This document shows positions 60,045 through 64,000 of a stretch of DNA of 64,000 bases, piece by piece (position 1 is the stretch's first letter; every line of letters starts with the position of its first letter). The notes under the pieces were generated by a model. It made no database searches, was not told the DNA's origin, and was given only the letters and a program-made list of their open reading frames with translations. A program made the position numbers and the translations under genes. This DNA comes from Eledone cirrhosa. Taxonomy: Eukaryota. The stretch is from the NCBI GenBank assembly GCA_964016885.1, contig OZ024752.1:36642001-36706000 (forward strand), given 5' to 3'.

Positions 60045-60548
60045 GTTTCACATAAATACAATAACATAATATAATAATATAGATGTAAAAAGTGAGTTCA
60101 CATAAATACAATAACATAATATAATAATATAGATGTAAAAGCTGAGTTCACATAAATACAATAACATAATATAATAATATAGACGTAAAAGCTGAGTTCA
60201 CATAAATACAATAATTGTTTCTACTATTGGCACAAGGCCAGAAAATTACCCAGTACATTACTGGTACTTTATTTTATCGACCCCGTAAGGATGAAAGGCA
60301 AAGTTAACCTCGGCGGGATTTGAACTCAGAATGGCAAGGGCCGTAACTCTATGCGTCAAAGCATGGCATCCGAACCTCTACCGATACTGAATATAATAAT
60401 ATAGATGTAAAAGGTGAGTTCACATAAATACAATAACATAATATAATAATATAGATGTAAAAGCTGAGTTCACATAAATACAATAACATAATATAATAAT
60501 ATAGATGTAAAAGCTGAGTTCACATAAATACAATAACATAATATAATA
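60045..60548. repeat. 50-bp tandem repeat interrupted by a SINE (60214-60388, minus)
   Basis: GAGTTCACATAAATACAATAAC at 60094, 60144, 60194, 60416, 60466 and 60516. Confidence 0.9.
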
Positions 60549-60928
60549 AAGGTGAGGTTAGAAGTTAAAGGCCGAAACATTCGCTTGAGTGTGTGTGTGT
60601 GGGGGGGGGGGGGTTCTTCTCTGAAGACCTACTGCTGTCCAGGTCTCCTGAGAGGTTCTTCTCACTAGAAGTGACAGTAATATTAAATGATGGAAAGATT
60701 AGCAGTAATATTTGTGCCAAAGTTTAGTCGATGTTATTACTCTAACCTGGCGGCGAATTGGCAGACTTGTTAGAACGTCAGATAGAATGCTTTGCGCTAT
60801 TCGTTTCGACTCTCTACTCTCTGAGTTTAAATCCTGCCGAGATCAACTTTGCTTTTCACCCATTCGAGGTCGATAAAAAAAGTACCAGTCTAGTACTGCA
60901 GTTGATTCTTCCTCTATATCTCTTTCTC

Positions 60929-60962
<34 letters not shown>

Positions 60963-61114
60963 GCTCTCTCTCTCTCTCTCTCTCCCTCTCTCTCCCTCTC
61001 CTTCTCTGGAAAGAATCTGCTGTATTCAGACCTGGAAAGGAGATGGGCTCCACCAGGTTTTAAAAAATGTCCGAGGTCAACTTTGCTTTTTTACCCATTC
61101 GAGGTCAATAAAAA

Positions 61115-61198
<84 letters not shown>

Positions 61199-61434
61199 TT
61201 CTTCTCTCTCTCTCTCTCTCTCCTTCTCTCTATCCTTCTCTGGAAAGAATCTGCTGTATTCAGACCTGGAAAGGAGATGGGCTCCACCAGGTTTTAAAAA
61301 ATGCCCTAGAAACACCCTATGTCAATATGGCGCCCCTACGACTCCCTCCAGAGTTACAGTACCATGCATACATTACTATAACCTAAGATGTATCCTAGTT
61401 GTAACCATGTTTTCAACGATTACAATAATACAAT

Positions 61435-61924
61435 AATTGTTTCTACTTTTGACACAAGGCCAGCAATCACCCAGTGTATTACTGGTACTTTATTTTATCG
61501 ACTCCATAAGGATGAAAGGCAAAGTTAACCTCGGCGGGATTTGAACTCAGAATGGCAAGGGCCGTAACTCTATGCGTCAAAGCATGGCGTCCGACCTAAC
61601 AGTAATATGTATGTGTCCACATTTAGTTAATATTATTACAGCATAGTTACGTCCCTTTACGATCTGAGTTCAAATCCCACCGAGGTTGACTTTGCCTTTC
61701 ATCCTTACGGGGTCGATAAAATAAAGTACCAGTAATGCACTGGGTAATTGCTGGCCTTGTGCCTAAAGTAGAAACAATTATTACAGCATAGTTACGTCCC
61801 TTTACGATCGGAGTTCAAATCCCGCCGAGGTTGACTTTGCCTTTCATCCTAACGGGGTCGATAAAATAAAGTACCAGTAATGTACTGGGTAATTACTGGT
61901 CTTGTGCCTAAAGTAGAAACAATT
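61435..61924. mobile_element. Three SINE copies (61435-61597 minus; 61640-61780 and 61785-61924 plus)
   Basis: Same core and tail; inserted in degenerate monomers of the adjacent satellite. Confidence 0.8.
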
Positions 61925-63750
61925 ATTACTATAACCTTGTTGTATCGTAGTTATAATACGTTAAATACTGGTTAATAGAAATATATGTGCCAACATTTAG
62001 TTAGTAATATTACTATATTGTAACCTAATTGTATTGTAGTTATAATACGTTAAATGATGGAATGATTAACAGTAATATGTGTGCCAAAGATTTAGTTAAT
62101 ATTATTACTATATATTGCATTGTAGTTATACTACGTTAAATGATGGACTGGTTAACAGTGATATACGTGCCCAAAATTTAGTTAATATTATTACTGTATA
62201 GTATAACCTTGTATCGTAGTTATAATACGTTAAATGATGGACTGGTTAACAGTGATATACGTGCCAACATTTAGTTAACAATATTACTGCATATTATAAC
62301 CTTGTATCGTAGTTATAATACGTTAAATGTTGAAATGATTAATGGTAATATATGTGCCAACATTTAGTTAATAATATTACTGTATATTATAACCTTGTAT
62401 CGTAGTTATAATACGTTAAATGTTGAAATGATTAATGGTAATATATGTGCCAACATTTAGTTAATAATATTACTGTATATTATAACCTTGTATCGTAGTT
62501 ATAATATGTTAAAGGATGGAATGATTAATAGTAATATATGTGCCAACATTTAGTTAATAATATTACTGCTTATTATAACCTTGTATCGTAGTTATAATAC
62601 GTTAAATGATGGACTGTTAACAGTGTTATACGTGTCAAAAATTCAGTTAATAACATTACTGTATATTATAACCTTGTTGTGTCGTAGTTATAACTCGTAA
62701 AAAAGATGAAATGACTAATGGTAATATATGTGCCAACATTTAGTTAATAATATTACTATATATTATAACCTTGTATCGTGGTTATAATACGTTAAAGGAT
62801 GGAATGATTAATAGTAATATATGTGCCAACATTTAGTTAATATTATTACTGTATATTATAACCTTGTATCGTAGTAGTTATAATACGTTAAATGATGGAC
62901 TGGTTAACAGTGTTATACGTGTCAAAAATTTAGTTAATAATATTACTGTATATTATAACCTTGTTGTGTCGCAGTTATAATTCATTAAATGATGGAATGA
63001 TTAATGGTAGTATATGTGTCAAAAATTTAGTTAATAAAATTACTGTATATTATAACCTTCTTGTGTCGTAGTTATAACTCGTAAAAAAGATGGAATGACT
63101 AATGGTAATATATGTGCCAACATTTAGTTCATAATATTACTATATATTATAACCTTGTATCGTAGTTATAATACGTTAAAGGATGGAATGATTAATAGTA
63201 ATATATGTGCCAACATTTAGTTAATATTATTACTGTATATTATAACCTTGTAGTGTCGCAGTTATAATTCATTAAATGATGGAATGGTTAATGGTAGTAT
63301 ATGTGTCAAAAATTTAGTTAATAATATTACTGTATATTATAACCTTGTTGTGTCGTAGTTATAACTCGTAAAAAAGATGGAATGACTAATGGTAATATAT
63401 GTGCCAACATTTAGTTAATAATATTACTATATATTATAACCTTGTATCGTGGTTATAATACGTTAAAGGATGGAATGATTAATAGTAATATATGTGCCAA
63501 CATTTAGTTAATATTATTACTGTATATTATAACCTTGTATCGTAGTAGTTATAATACGTTAAATGATGGACTGGTTAACAGTGTTATACGTGTCAAAAAT
63601 TTAGTTAATAATATTACTGTATATTATAACCTTGTAGTGTCGCAGTTATAATTCATTAAATGATGGAATGGTTAATGGTAGTATATGTGTCAAAAATTTA
63701 GTTAATAATATTACTGTATATTATAACCTTGTTGTGTCGCAGTTATAATG
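61925..63750. repeat. ~93-96-bp tandem satellite, ~19 copies
   Basis: ATAACCTTGTATCGTAGTTATAATACGTTAAA at 62203, 62296, 62389 and onward. Confidence 0.95.
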
Positions 63751-63798
63751 CGTAGAAGATTGTCGATAGCTGTTGCTTATCAATTTCGTAAATGTCTG

Positions 63799-63915
<117 letters not shown>

Positions 63916-64000
63916 GTCTCGTTGTTAAAATATATAAAGCATTCCAAGTGGAATAACAGCTTTATAATTCCTTTCGTGTTAGTTGTAAAATAAATATGTA

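Overview
Very AT-rich, repeat-saturated animal DNA. The SINE sequences and the density of (TA)n tracts resemble an octopus or other cephalopod genome, but that is an inference. Nearly all ORF-track entries are microsatellite artefacts. The coding-like content is one 5'-truncated RTE-clade LINE with a PHD-type finger inside its RT (12384-13757), two more RTE 3' fragments, mariner remnants, and two or three small candidate + strand exons of an unidentified host gene. The main structure is a set of about 30 short elements from about 10 sequence-unrelated families (my labels A-L) sitting in (TA)n tracts. Most are asymmetric fold-backs, with one arm carrying an extra 3' tail. Read by eye, most families carry a type I hammerhead ribozyme, many with palindromic stem III and one with a compensatory U3-A8 core. 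Eight families share a TACTC/GAGTR hairpin with a 2-nt bulge, and in four of them (A-D) it lies a few nt beyond where the short arm stops. This fits Penelope-like retroelement (PLE) pseudo-LTR ends or non-autonomous derivatives, but no PLE ORF is in the window, so the assignment is inferred. The window also has many tRNA-derived SINEs, several minisatellites (42, 50, ~93, 107, 109 and ~215 bp) and long microsatellites. Coordinates were counted by hand and may be off by a few nt.
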